From assembly GCA_016207275.1 (NCBI GenBank), contig JACQPY010000018.1, positions 23,960-87,959 on the forward strand: a stretch of 64,000 bases of DNA, written 5' to 3'. Under the pieces are notes generated by a model, which saw only the letters and a program-made list of their open reading frames with translations, was not told the origin of the DNA and searched no databases. The translations under genes were made by a program, and so were the position numbers. The first letter of the stretch is position 1, and every line of letters begins with the position of its first letter. This document shows positions 1 through 12,991 of this stretch, one piece after another. The stretch is from Candidatus Kerfeldbacteria bacterium. GTDB lineage: Bacteria > Patescibacteriota > Patescibacteriia > SBBC01.

Positions 1-416
1 CACAAGCCGTAGGCTATCCCTAAAAAAACTTCCCGGTTCGTCCGGCTTCGACTGACTAAGGCCATGGCTTCACGTAGCCGGCGGTACGATACCGGATCAT
101 CGAGCTGTCCGACGACGAGCGTCTCGGCCGCCGACGCCAGCAAACCAGCCGCAGCAATCTTGGCCAAGTTCTCGTGGATCGACCGGTACGATTCACGAAC
201 GACGCTACCGATAATCACTGAACGTCGGCTAGGTGCGACGGTCAGTTCAACCAGAGTAAGCGGTTCTAAGCTGCCAGCCAGCTTGCTAGCCAGCTTCTGA
301 GTGCCGCGGGCGCGAAATTCTTGCTTACCGGCGGCCGAAAACAAGGTTACTAGCCGATCGACGCTGCCAATGTTGCGGCGCTTGAGAACGATGCCGGTCA
401 GGCGGTGCAACGACAT
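1..416 (-). CDS. recO: DNA repair protein RecO, N-terminal part; the gene continues beyond the window start
   Basis: Reverse-strand translation from the ATG near 416 gives MSLHRLTGIVLKRRNIGSVDRLVTLFSAAGKQEFRARGTQKLASKLAGSLEPL..., which is RecO N-terminal OB-fold-like, and stays open to position 1. The ORF track misses it because no stop falls inside the window. The plus-strand ORFs 64..300 and 301..495 are its antisense. Confidence 0.55.
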   Translation of the reverse strand, partial: MSLHRLTGIVLKRRNIGSVDRLVTLFSAAGKQEFRARGTQKLASKLAGSLEPLTLVELTVAPSRRSVIIGSVVRESYRSIHENLAKIAAAGLLASAAETLVVGQLDDPVSYRRLREAMALVSRSRTNREVFLGIAYGL

Positions 417-421
417 GAGCC

Positions 422-1354
422 TCAGTCACAGGTTCCGCTGCCCTGGTCGCGAAATGAAACCCCCGCCACCGGCACGAACTCCCATTCGTAACTAGCTTGG
501 CGCAAGGACAACTTCAGGACCCCGTACGAGGTGTTGTCTCGCGCCTCGCTCCCGGCCAGTACCCGACCAAAGTTGTAGTGACTCCGGCCGCCGGTGCCGA
601 CCGTAAAGGCTCGAATACCCCCTGAATCAGGCTGACCATCAGGGCCCAGCACGGCAAACCGTTCATAGACATGGTCATGACCGGCCAGGGCCACGTCAAC
701 TCCGCCGGCGACCAGCTCGCGCCAGACCGTATCGAGCGCCGGCGTGCTGCCGTGCTGCTGACCAGAGCTGAACCGCGGATGGTGCATGTACGCCAGCGCG
801 CACGGGGTCGGATGCGTCCGCAGGTCTTCCTTAAGCCACTGGACTTGGGCTGAAGCTGGACCGCAGCCGCCAACCTCGTCGCAGTTCGAGTTTAAAACCA
901 CGAGGTGCCACTGACCGAGGTCGTAGCTGTAGTAGCCTTTGTTCGGCAGGCCGGCCGCCGCCCCGAAGTAACCGAAGTAGCCAGTCGCACCCTGCACATG
1001 GTACTCGTGGTTTCCGACGGCCGGCTTGGTTCGCGCTTTATGTCGTCCCCAGGTCGGCTGGTAGCAACGGGTAAACTCATCGGCCGTGCCATTGGCGTAG
1101 ACATTATCGCCCAGCGTAAACACCGTGCCCTCAATGCCGTCCAATAATGTAGCCGTCGCTTCGTCGTGGTCGTTGACGCAACTGGCAATGTCGCCGGCGC
1201 CGACCAACACCGCGTCAACGACGCCTGTAGACTGAAGATCAGACTGATTTGTGGTGCTGACGAGGACTAATCGGCCGTTAATCCACCAATAGGCAAAACC
1301 GATTACAAGAACCATCCCGATCGAGAAGTAGAGCCAGCGGGTTGGATGGTTCAT
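422..1354 (-). CDS. Metallophosphoesterase (calcineurin-like/purple acid phosphatase-like) with an N-terminal TM anchor
   Basis: Carries the GDNVY, GNHEY and GHDH phosphoesterase motifs. An N-terminal hydrophobic helix is present. Confidence 0.8.
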   Translation of the reverse strand: MNHPTRWLYFSIGMVLVIGFAYWWINGRLVLVSTTNQSDLQSTGVVDAVLVGAGDIASCVNDHDEATATLLDGIEGTVFTLGDNVYANGTADEFTRCYQPTWGRHKARTKPAVGNHEYHVQGATGYFGYFGAAAGLPNKGYYSYDLGQWHLVVLNSNCDEVGGCGPASAQVQWLKEDLRTHPTPCALAYMHHPRFSSGQQHGSTPALDTVWRELVAGGVDVALAGHDHVYERFAVLGPDGQPDSGGIRAFTVGTGGRSHYNFGRVLAGSEARDNTSYGVLKLSLRQASYEWEFVPVAGVSFRDQGSGTCD

Positions 1355-1798
1355 GATTTCCTATGCTCCAAAAACGCCGCAAAGACCGGAACCAGATTCT
1401 CAATCAATGGATAGGAGTGAAAATCCTTGGGCTCGATCCATTGAAATGTATCGTGATCGACGCTCAGCATAACATTGTTAGTCTTGGCCTGACAGACAAA
1501 ATACACGCCAATAATCTGCCACTGTTCGCCATGCACGACTGGTCGCCACCAGGGCGACGTGAAAGGGCTGACCACGTTCGACCGTTAATCCTGTTTCTTC
1601 TCGAATCTCACGCCTCAAGGTTTCGTCAAACCGTTCACCCGGCGCGAGTCGCCCGCCGACCACGTCAAATTTCCCGGCGTTGGTACCGACCGGGTTCGTC
1701 GGCGCTTCTCGGACAATCAAAACTTTCCCTTCAAAGACAATAAAGGCCTTAATGGCGATGCATAACGTAATACCCGATTTCTTCGTCATTCCGGTCAA
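1351..1798 (-). pseudogene. NUDIX hydrolase interrupted by a frameshift (two overlapping ORFs, 1478..1798 and 1351..1575)
   Basis: The Nudix box GGRLAPGERFDETLRREIREETGL lies in the first ORF. The C-terminal part of the fold (WQIIGVYFVCQAK...WIEPKDF) continues in another frame. The frames switch near 1560-1580. Confidence 0.6.
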
Positions 1799-1818
1799 AT
1801 GTCAAACGTCAAATGTCT
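1795..1818. promoter_or_regulatory. Tandem TTGAC/GTCAAATGTCA array directly abutting the NUDIX ATG
   Basis: The plus strand reads gtcaaatgtcaaacgtcaaatgtc, which on the minus strand is TTGACgTTTGACaTTTGACC immediately followed by ATG. The same array recurs at 38225-38250 and 38636-38665. Confidence 0.4.
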
Positions 1819-2208
1819 TATCTGTCCTTCACCCGCCACACAAACTTCAATCCCGACCACGTCTCGTCGATCGCCGCCACTTTTACGTCCACCAAACCAT
1901 GCGCCAGACCAACTTTCATGACCACGTTCTCACGCAAATCCGTTTTCACACCTGACGATTGCTTTGGCCACGACACCCACAGCATGCCTTCTTTCTTCAA
2001 CGATCGCTTGAGCCTCGGAAACGCCGCGCGCAGCTCATGCTCATCCTTGGAAAAATACTGGATGAAGTCACATGAACTGGCTAATTTGTGTGGAAATTTC
2101 ATGCCGAGCAGACGGCGGTATCCTGGTGGCGGCTGTACCACACACGCACGAAAACCAGGCGTGAGGCCCAGCTTATCAGCCAGTTTTTTCTTGGAGTAGC
2201 CCGCCACG

Positions 2209-2222
<14 letters not shown>
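1818..2222 (-). CDS. Hypothetical protein (DUF3052-like)
   Basis: 134 aa starting MPRANVAGYSKKKLADKLGL. I recall a resemblance to DUF3052 small proteins but cannot confirm it. Confidence 0.4.
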
Positions 2223-5772
<3,550 letters not shown>

Positions 5773-5829
5773 GACTGCGATATATCAGATCGCATTGGTA
5801 CTGTACCTGAAGAACTTGAGGTAGTCAAA

Positions 5830-5946
5830 CCTTCCCTTGTCAATCACCTTCCCTTGTCCCCTCCTGACTTCAGGAGGGGCACGCTTTATCGAACCCCCTC
5901 TTCAATTGAGGAGGGGTGTCCCGAGCACCCCCGACTCGATCGGGGG
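5830..5946. repeat. Family-1 palindromic repeat cluster R2 between the ileS start and the DUF559 gene's 3' end
   Basis: Contains a direct repeat cttcccttgt x2 and three hairpins: cccctcctg-actt-caggagggg, cccctc-ttcaattgag-gagggg and cccccga-ctcga-tcggggg. Confidence 0.65.
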
Positions 5947-6313
5947 CGAGGGACGAGGAGGTGATGAACTCCCGCAGCCGTTCCAACGTACCGTCAAGGT
6001 TATGGAGCACGTCATCGTTCGTGAACCTGACAACTCGAAAAAACATCGATTGTAACCACGCTGTTCGTCTGCGATCGTAGGCTTGCTGGTGTACGGCCCC
6101 GTGGGAATCACCATCAACTTCGACTACCAACCGAAGTTCACGACAATAAAAATCGGCAATGTAGTTGCCAATGCTGTGCTGGCGACGAAATTTCAACCCC
6201 ATAAACTGCTTCGTCTTCAAAGCATTCCACAAAACGACTTCTGCTTTGGAGCTATCCCGCCGAAGCGACCGACGCCGGTCAACGTATTTTGTCAGATTGT
6301 AAATTCGTGGCAT
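5870..6313 (-). CDS. DUF559 endonuclease-domain protein (Vsr-like fold); its C-terminal tail is encoded by the R2 repeat
   Basis: LWNALKTKQFMGLKFRRQHSIGNYIADFYCRELRLVVEVDGDSH is typical of DUF559. The last ~30 codons overlap the hairpin repeats. Confidence 0.75.
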   Translation of the reverse strand: MPRIYNLTKYVDRRRSLRRDSSKAEVVLWNALKTKQFMGLKFRRQHSIGNYIADFYCRELRLVVEVDGDSHGAVHQQAYDRRRTAWLQSMFFRVVRFTNDDVLHNLDGTLERLREFITSSSLAPDRVGGARDTPPQLKRGFDKACPS

Positions 6314-6427
6314 CGAAAAATATCCGCGCCACCAACATTGGCAATATACCAGATCGCAGGGGCAGTCTACTCGGGAAACGAGGGTGCGTCAAGCCGCAAC
6401 GCACACACGATCAGCGTCCTTTGGACC

Positions 6428-6997
6428 CTACAACAACCCCTTCTTCTCTAACAACAAATGCGGATACCCGCGAAAATCCTGCGGGCCAGTCTTTGCGCCA
6501 ATTTCTTTCAGCACATCGGACAAACATTTCTTGGCCTCTTCCACCGAGGCAAACTCGCCTTTTGCTTCGAGCTCTATATGTGAGCCCAAATCCGTGACTT
6601 CATCAATCGCAATCTCCACGTCATTGTACATCCAGGTGCTCCGACGTTTTTCTACGATCACAACCTCTTTAATATCCAAGCGTCGTAAAATGTTCTTCAT
6701 CGCTTCAACATCCGCGATGGCTGTTTCATGCTCATCGCAAGAGACGGCCTGCTCGTCATTCTGGTTATGCCAGAACTTGTAGTTCACCGTAGCCCCTTTT
6801 GACGTTTCACGAATCCGCAGCCATTCGGAAATCGGCTTCTGCTTCAAGAAATTCCGATGCGCTGGAATGTAGTAGGTGTCTTTTTGGTACTCCTGCTGCT
6901 TTTCCGGTTGTGCCAGTCCTGCCAACCGCCTCTTCAACGCTTCTTGGTTGAGCAGCGGAAACGTCAGCTCAACCTCGACGTTTGTGAGTACACCCAT
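6428..6997 (-). CDS. CYTH-domain protein (class IV adenylyl cyclase / triphosphatase-like)
   Basis: 189 aa with an N-terminal EVELTF (ExExK-like) motif and an acidic C-terminal half, consistent with a CYTH fold. Confidence 0.5.
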   Translation of the reverse strand: MGVLTNVEVELTFPLLNQEALKRRLAGLAQPEKQQEYQKDTYYIPAHRNFLKQKPISEWLRIRETSKGATVNYKFWHNQNDEQAVSCDEHETAIADVEAMKNILRRLDIKEVVIVEKRRSTWMYNDVEIAIDEVTDLGSHIELEAKGEFASVEEAKKCLSDVLKEIGAKTGPQDFRGYPHLLLEKKGLL

Positions 6998-7030
6998 GCG
7001 CGATCTTCAATCCCACTTACAACCGACAAC

Positions 7031-8176
7031 TTAAATCTTTCTCTTCTCTCCCACTTCCCGATATACCTGTAACGTCTCTTTTGCCGTCGCTTCCCAGGTG
7101 AACATCGCGGCGCGACGCTGGCCTTCGGTACTTAACCGTTTCCGTAAATTTGCGCTGCCGACAACCTTGGCAATCGCCTGACCAATGTCCTTAAATCGTC
7201 CGGGGTTGACGAACACGGCCGCCGTGCCCGCGACCTCGGGCAAGCTCGAGACGCGGCTGGCAATGACCGGCGCGCCGAGGCTCATCGCCTCGAGCACGGG
7301 TAAGCCAAACCCCTCGTAGAGGCTGGGGAAGACGAAGACGGCGGCGTGCTCAATCAGCTGCAGCTTATCTTGATGCGGCACGTAGCCGAGGTAGCGGATC
7401 CGTCCGCCGAGCTTGGCCTGGGCAATCGCCCGCAGCACGTCGCCGTACTTCCAGCCCGGCGCCCCGGCCAGAATGAGATCAACCTTCTTCAGGCTCGGCA
7501 GGTTAGCGACCGAGGAAAATCCTTTAATCAGTCCGGCCAGGTTCTTACGTGGTTCAATCGTACCGATAAACAGGACGTAGCGGTCAAGGCGGTATTTCTG
7601 CCGAACGTCGACGACGGTCTTCGGCACGCGTTCGCGGACAAAACCCTCGTAGATGACGCGAACTTTCTTGTCGCTGACTTTAAAGAGATTTTTAAGATCG
7701 CGCTTGGTCGCCTCGGACACGGCAATCACCTTCTTCGCTCGCCGAATGCTCCGCGGCACCACTAACTTGGTTGACAAAAACTGGCCGGCCGGAAACAACC
7801 TCGGGTACTTATAGATGGTTAAATCATGAACCGTCACCACCGCCGTCGATGGGTAGGTCAGCGGCAGTGTCGTCGCCGGAGCGTGCAAGACGTCGAGACG
7901 TTCCTTCAAAAAAACCGCGGTCGTCAGCAGGTGCGAGTAGGTGATCGGCAGGAAGCGACGGTACTGGGAGAACGGCAGATAGCGAACCGTTACGTTCGCC
8001 TGCTCGAACTCCTGCGTTTTATCGCGATCCATGCGCGAATCGAAGAACAACACGTAATCGTTCTTCCGGTCGAGCTTCAATAGATTCTTAACCAGGTAGA
8101 ACGTGTAGTGCCCAATGCCGGCCTGCTCGCCGCGGCCGGGATTGAGGATGGTTCGACAATCGATTCCTATTCGCAT
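7031..8176 (-). CDS. Glycosyltransferase family 4 (GT-B)
   Basis: Carries [20 protein letters not shown] and the N-terminal GT4 pattern. Confidence 0.85.
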   Translation of the reverse strand: MRIGIDCRTILNPGRGEQAGIGHYTFYLVKNLLKLDRKNDYVLFFDSRMDRDKTQEFEQANVTVRYLPFSQYRRFLPITYSHLLTTAVFLKERLDVLHAPATTLPLTYPSTAVVTVHDLTIYKYPRLFPAGQFLSTKLVVPRSIRRAKKVIAVSEATKRDLKNLFKVSDKKVRVIYEGFVRERVPKTVVDVRQKYRLDRYVLFIGTIEPRKNLAGLIKGFSSVANLPSLKKVDLILAGAPGWKYGDVLRAIAQAKLGGRIRYLGYVPHQDKLQLIEHAAVFVFPSLYEGFGLPVLEAMSLGAPVIASRVSSLPEVAGTAAVFVNPGRFKDIGQAIAKVVGSANLRKRLSTEGQRRAAMFTWEATAKETLQVYREVGEKRKI

Positions 8177-8236
8177 AGATTCAACCTCGAGTTCATACGA
8201 GAGATCCCGCGGTTATGAGATCCCTCACCGAGTTCG

Positions 8237-8312
8237 GGATGACCCCGCACCTCTTCCGCTGACGGACATATCAGTCAGGAAAACAACGGATTTGGGGAAA
8301 AGGTGCGGGGTC
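8237..8312. repeat. Family-2 palindromic element overlapping the argS stop codon
   Basis: cgggatGACCCCGCACC-[~50 nt]-GGTGCGGGGTCAcatc has 11-bp inverted arms. The argS TGA is the revcomp of the tca inside the right arm. Confidence 0.6.
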
Positions 8313-9942
8313 ACATCTTCTCCGGCGCGCTGACACCCATCAGCCTGAGCGTCTTGGCCAGTACCAACTTCGTGGCCTGGACCAGCTCCAACGCTCGCGG
8401 GTTGACCGTGCCGTGGTCAATCACCCGAACCTGACCGTAGAAAACATGGAATGTCTCAGCCAGGCGCATGGTGTAGAACGGTAGTTTGTGGACGTCGTAC
8501 GACATCGCCACCTCTTCGACGAGCTCCGGCAGACGGAGTAATTGTTTAATCAGTCCGAGCGCCGCCGGTTCGCTAATTGCCGCGCCTTTTTTCGTCGGCA
8601 ATCCCTTCGTCTTCTTCACTATACTGCAAATCCGCGCGTGCGCATACTGGACGTAGTAAACCGGATTCTTTTCGCTTTTTTCTTTGGCCAAATCAAGATC
8701 GAAATCCATGTGCGTGTTGGCCGCGTGCATCAAGAAGAAAAACCGCGCCGCATCGAGGCCGACCTCGTCAATCAGCTCTTCAATGGCCACATAATTCCCG
8801 GCCCGTTTCGACATCTTTACTTCCTGACCGGCTTTTATCAACCGTACGAATTGCACAATGACGATTTCGAGTTTTTTTTCAAAGCCGAGCGCACTCATCG
8901 CCGCCTGCATACGGCCTTGATAGCCGTGATGATCCGCGCCCAGGAACAGAACTTCGCAATCGAATTTTCGCTGCCGGAATCTATTCCAGCGAAGCGCAAT
9001 ATCCGCCAGAAAGTAGGTTTTCTCTCCGTCCGACTTTATCAGCACCCGATCCTTGTCATCGCCGAACTGCGTCGTCCTGAACCACGTCGCTCCATCCTGT
9101 TTATAAATCAATCCCTTCTCAGCCAACAAGGCCAACGCTTTTTCATCCAGTCGCTGTTCATAAAGCTCGGACTCGCGAAACCAGCGATAATACCCAATGC
9201 CGAGCTTCTTGGCGGCCACCCGTTGCAACTCCGTCAGCATCATCTTTACCACCCGCCCCTTGACCCGCTGCTTCAACTCGTTCGCGCTTTTCAATTTGTA
9301 GCGTTCCAGATGAAGTTTTTTGGCAATTTCCAAAACGTACTCGCCCTGGTACAGGTCGGTCGGGTAATCCACCTTAATTCCTTTGAGTTGAAATGACCGA
9401 CGGATGACCGACTCGGTCAATTTTTCGACCTGTCCACCGATGTCGTTGACGTAGTACTCGCGGAATGGCTTGTAGCCAGCCGCCACCAGCACGTTGGCCA
9501 GAGTATCGCCGGCAAATCCGCCCCGGCCGTTGGCCAAAGTCATCGGGCCGGTGGGGTTTGCGGAGATGAATTCAAGGATCACGCGTTTGCCCTCTCCGAT
9601 CGTGCTTGCTCCGTACTCCTTTCCGGCGTCGAGGATCGCTCTCACCTGTTGCGTGAACCACGACGCTGCCACGCGAAAATTCAAGAATCCGGGCGGCACC
9701 ACCTCTATGGTAGTGATTCCAGGGACCGTGCCCAGCGCCACCTTCAACTTATCGGCAATCCGCATTGGCCCATCTTTGACCACCGGTGCCAATTGCATCG
9801 CCAGGTTGGTGCTGTAGTCACCAAATTTTGGATCGCTGGGCGTCTCCACTCGAACAACCGGCGGCTGCTGCTTGCACTCTTCAAAGAGGTCAGCGGCCGT
9901 CTGCGTCAGCTTGGCGCGGAGGATTTGCGTCATGGTCATCAT
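8311..9942 (-). CDS. argS: Arginine--tRNA ligase
   Basis: 543 aa with a HIGH-like region and KMSKRAGN, which is the ArgRS architecture. Confidence 0.95.
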   Translation of the reverse strand: MMTMTQILRAKLTQTAADLFEECKQQPPVVRVETPSDPKFGDYSTNLAMQLAPVVKDGPMRIADKLKVALGTVPGITTIEVVPPGFLNFRVAASWFTQQVRAILDAGKEYGASTIGEGKRVILEFISANPTGPMTLANGRGGFAGDTLANVLVAAGYKPFREYYVNDIGGQVEKLTESVIRRSFQLKGIKVDYPTDLYQGEYVLEIAKKLHLERYKLKSANELKQRVKGRVVKMMLTELQRVAAKKLGIGYYRWFRESELYEQRLDEKALALLAEKGLIYKQDGATWFRTTQFGDDKDRVLIKSDGEKTYFLADIALRWNRFRQRKFDCEVLFLGADHHGYQGRMQAAMSALGFEKKLEIVIVQFVRLIKAGQEVKMSKRAGNYVAIEELIDEVGLDAARFFFLMHAANTHMDFDLDLAKEKSEKNPVYYVQYAHARICSIVKKTKGLPTKKGAAISEPAALGLIKQLLRLPELVEEVAMSYDVHKLPFYTMRLAETFHVFYGQVRVIDHGTVNPRALELVQATKLVLAKTLRLMGVSAPEKM

Positions 9943-10073
9943 AGCAACGTCAGTATACCGAATCGAACAGACAAACTAAAGCCGCGCGGCGGCAAATTTT
10001 CGAAGAAAAAGGTGGGGGTCAAGAGATGAAGTCCGGGAAATTCTCTCGGCCCCCTACCTTCTGACGAGCTCAG

Positions 10074-10538
10074 TTACTCGGTGCTGCACCATCCCCCGCC
10101 GGTTGGCTGCGCCTTCTGGGATCCACTTCGCGGCACGTGGTTACCCATCTTCTGGTCCCAATTCTGGAGAACATTGATGACCCGTGACATGGTCTCCCGA
10201 ACGAGCAGCGGCTGCTGACCCCAGGTCAGCATGATTCTCCGGTAGAGGGCGTGCTTATCAGCGCTGATGCGGCCGCGCTCCATCGCCCTCCTCAGCAACT
10301 GCCGACGCTGCTCACGTTCGCTTGCAGACAGACCGGTCTGATCTTCCGCTTCTTCGGGCGCCGGTTCGACGGTGAGAAGCGCGTACCGCTGCAGCAGTCG
10401 GGTGAAAAGCGACAAGTGATCCTGCGGCTTCGACTCAACGAACCAACCCTCCATGACGCTTCCTCCGCAGCGCTCCTGCCCGCACGCAATTGTTCGGGCA
10501 TGAGCCTGAGGAAGAGGGTGTACTAACGAACAAAACAC
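10074..10538 (-). CDS. Hypothetical protein (true start likely the internal MEGWFVES)
   Basis: An ORF with no recognisable motifs. The long N-terminal extension overlaps noncoding-looking sequence. Confidence 0.3.
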   Translation of the reverse strand: MFCSLVHPLPQAHARTIACGQERCGGSVMEGWFVESKPQDHLSLFTRLLQRYALLTVEPAPEEAEDQTGLSASEREQRRQLLRRAMERGRISADKHALYRRIMLTWGQQPLLVRETMSRVINVLQNWDQKMGNHVPRSGSQKAQPTGGGWCSTE

Positions 10539-10761
10539 CCGCCTCGAGCGGGGGTAGTGAACTGCCGGTGAAACTATTCGCTCTTAATTCGTAGTTATTC
10601 GCAGCGCGCAGCGGTCCCGTTTGAGGGGCTTGAAAAGCCTGTAAACCACCAGCGATACTGCGATTGATTCATGATGAAACCATCATACACCAACCAATAA
10701 TCCTGTCAAATTGAAAGCGGCCAGAGGATCCGAAGATCATGGCCGCTGTCTATTTGAGCGA

Positions 10762-11007
10762 TTAATGCTCGTAGCAATCCCCTGCAGAGATGACCATGGC
10801 CCAAGTCTCTCCACTTTCGAACTGCTGAAGACATTTTTCCTGCATCCAACGAAGTAGACTCGACTTTTCGCGTTCGAACTCTTCGCGGGATCCGAAGAAC
10901 CATGCCTCGTACCAATCAGCAAGAAACGCTTCCTGGATTGCGACGGCATTTTGCTGCCCAATGATAGCTCGGATCGGCTCGATCTGTGCTAACTCAGTAA
11001 TGTGCAT
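10762..11007 (-). CDS. Hypothetical small protein (81 aa, start MHITELAQ)
   Basis: The internal ATG is preceded by GGAGGA, so the longer ORF-track start is unlikely. No known domain was found. Confidence 0.4.
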   Translation of the reverse strand: MHITELAQIEPIRAIIGQQNAVAIQEAFLADWYEAWFFGSREEFEREKSSLLRWMQEKCLQQFESGETWAMVISAGDCYEH

Positions 11008-11122
11008 GACTCCTCCTCGTAATGCATTGAGCGACGCATGAACGATGCGGAAGTAGGACGCATTTAATAACGAACAAACCCCTCCCGCGGGAAGGGTCGT
11101 CATACATGACCAGTTACGACGC

Positions 11123-11437
11123 TTACCGCGAAAGGCGTGGGTACGCAGTATGATGGCGCAGGCGCGCAAGCATGAGCCGGTAGCCGCCCATGCCTTTCTC
11201 AAGCCACCATGAAATCCGGGCAATAGTCCGGGAACTCAAGCCAATGTGGTTTTCAATTGCCGTATACGGTGCGCCAGCATTGAGCATCCGCGCGGCCTGC
11301 CACCGCTTTCCGAACTCGATGAGCTCGTCCTCGGTCAGGAGATCGCGCAAAAACTTCCGGGCTTCCAGCGGTGTTTTCAAACGCAGAATGGCCACGAAAA
11401 GCGCCTTTGTTTGCGGATTGTTCCAGGAATTACGCAT
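11123..11437 (-). CDS. TrpR-like (YerC/YecD family) DNA-binding protein
   Basis: LLTEDELIEFGKRWQAARML...YTAIENHIGLSSRTIARI is the Trp-repressor-like fold signature. Confidence 0.55.
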   Translation of the reverse strand: MRNSWNNPQTKALFVAILRLKTPLEARKFLRDLLTEDELIEFGKRWQAARMLNAGAPYTAIENHIGLSSRTIARISWWLEKGMGGYRLMLARLRHHTAYPRLSR

Positions 11438-11532
11438 AGGAAATACTTTACTACAGTAAAGTATACCAATGACGGGATCCCGTCAAGGGATACTTTTCCA
11501 CATGGTCTAAAAACCAAAAAACAAACAAAAAC

Positions 11533-11566
11533 ATCCCCCTCCTAGGCTAGGAGGGGCTAGGGGTGG
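11533..11566. repeat. Family-1 hairpin R3 in the divergent intergenic region upstream of smpB
   Basis: ccccctcctag-g-ctaggagggg followed by ctaggggtggtac. Confidence 0.6.
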
Positions 11567-11578
11567 TACGCTCAACCC

Positions 11579-12028
11579 ATGCCACATCTCGCCGACAACC
11601 GCCAAGCCCGTCACGACTACCACATCCTCGAAACCTTCGAGGCCGGCATCATCCTGACCGGCCCGGAAGTGAAATCTGCCAAAGCCGGCCAGGTCAACTT
11701 GCGCGGCAGCTACGTGACCATCAAAGATAACGCGGCTTGGTTGGTCAACTGCCACATTGCTCCGTACAAACCAGCTAACCTCGGCGCTAACTACATTCCC
11801 ACGCGGACACGCAAGCTCTTGCTCCAAGCCCACGAGCTCGCCACCCTGATCGGAAAATCCAAGGCCCAAGGCCAAACCCTCATTCCCCTGTCAGTCTATA
11901 CCAAGCGCGGTTTAGTCAAAGTCCAAATCGCTTTGGCCCGCGGCAAGAAACTCCACGACAAACGCGCCACCATCAAAAAGCGCGAGGCCAAACGCTCGAT
12001 CGAACGGGCCATACGGATGAAATCCTAG
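11579..12028 (+). CDS. smpB: SsrA-binding protein SmpB
   Basis: HDYHILETFEAGIILTGPEVKS...KRGLVKVQIALARGKK is the canonical SmpB sequence. Confidence 0.95.
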   Translation: MPHLADNRQARHDYHILETFEAGIILTGPEVKSAKAGQVNLRGSYVTIKDNAAWLVNCHIAPYKPANLGANYIPTRTRKLLLQAHELATLIGKSKAQGQTLIPLSVYTKRGLVKVQIALARGKKLHDKRATIKKREAKRSIERAIRMKS

Positions 12029-12109
12029 GCCTTGACATTCATCTGCTACTCGTCCACACTACCCCTCGCTCGGCCTTCCCCCGCTCTGACCACTTGGTGG
12101 TCGGAGCGG

Positions 12110-12523
12110 GGGGATGCTCAAATGTTGATGCAACCTTGACAAGCTACCATTGCACGGCGTAGCGCCGGAACCTACGTAAAAATTCCGGAAATGATAAGTG
12201 CCAAGACACTGATCAGCAAGCTAAAGACGCTGAAGGATAACTTCTCCGTCCCACAGTTTGCCCCGTCGTTCGCCTAACCCCGAATTAATTCGGGGCCGAA
12301 CGGCCATCCGTCTGGCCGATGCCGATAAGCCAGAGCCGGGTGTAATATCTTTCGGCTGGCCAACATTGTGCTCCACGATGTTGGTAAGAACTCGGAGCTA
12401 GTGACGTCGGCGTCTGGTCTGCCTCTAAGCAGGCGTCACGAACAACCCTGAGGTGGACGAACCGTGTGGACTGTGGTAGAGTGTTGGTTGCAGACGCGGG
12501 CGCACGACCCGCCATCTCCACCA
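12110..12523 (+). ncRNA. ssrA: Candidate tmRNA (ssrA), about 414 nt
   Basis: - It lies immediately downstream of smpB.
- The 5' GGGGATG pairs with the 3' CATCTCC, including a G3:U70 wobble, followed by ACCA.
- A T-arm-like GCGGG-cgcacga-CCCGC abuts the 3' acceptor strand.
- A helix-2-like pairing forms between TGCAACC (~12130) and GGTTGCA (~12487).
- An internal frame ends ...PQFAPSFA-TAA (12275-12277), followed by a perfect hairpin ccccgaattaattcgggg. Confidence 0.7.
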
Positions 12524-12528
12524 CGTAA

Positions 12529-12547
12529 AGTCCCGCCTGCGGCGGGA
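12529..12547 (+). terminator. GC-rich hairpin directly after the tmRNA 3' end
   Basis: The hairpin is gtcccgcc-tgc-ggcgggac with no T-tract. Confidence 0.4.
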
Positions 12548-12699
12548 CCACGTGGCGCGGCCAGCGCCTCGTGCTACGCGAAGCGTAGGTACGTGGTGAG
12601 TCGCGTCCGCGAAGCGGTTTACGCGACCACCAGTTAAGAGGTTAACAGCACCTCAAAAAATAAATGAGGATTCATGGTGGCGCGTAACGTATCACCACC

Positions 12700-12981
12700 A
12701 TGCACTACGTCTACCTTCTTGAAGATCAAGTTGATCGCGGCTGGTACATCGGTTACTCAACCAAGCCGGTCCCGCGACTTGATCAACACCGCTCCGGTCT
12801 TGTATATTCAACACGATTGAAGCAGGCGCTGCGCATCATCTACGTCGAGGGTTACCTCAACAAATTCGATGCCCTCGGCCGGGAACGTTTTCTCAAGAGT
12901 GGAGCTGGCCGACGATTCCTTAGAAAGCAACTTAAACACCACCTGGAAGACCAAAACAAAACACCGCTAACTTACCCCTAA
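12700..12981 (+). CDS. GIY-YIG nuclease family small protein
   Basis: 93 aa. MHYVYLLEDQVDRGWYIGYSTKPVPRLDQHRSG is the GIY-YIG signature. Confidence 0.7.
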   Translation: MHYVYLLEDQVDRGWYIGYSTKPVPRLDQHRSGLVYSTRLKQALRIIYVEGYLNKFDALGRERFLKSGAGRRFLRKQLKHHLEDQNKTPLTYP

Positions 12982-12991
12982 CCCTTCCGCC

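Noticed and set aside
64-495. Plus-strand ORFs 64..300 and 301..495
   Set aside because: They are antisense to a clean RecO-like reading frame that runs from the ATG near 416 to the window edge. S/T/R-rich composition is typical of antisense GC-rich frames.
10539-10760. Roughly 220-bp noncoding stretch with a small hairpin (cccgc-ctcga-gcggg) between two hypothetical genes
   Set aside because: No recognisable RNA-family signature and no repeat-family match. It is likely just a promoter or UTR region.
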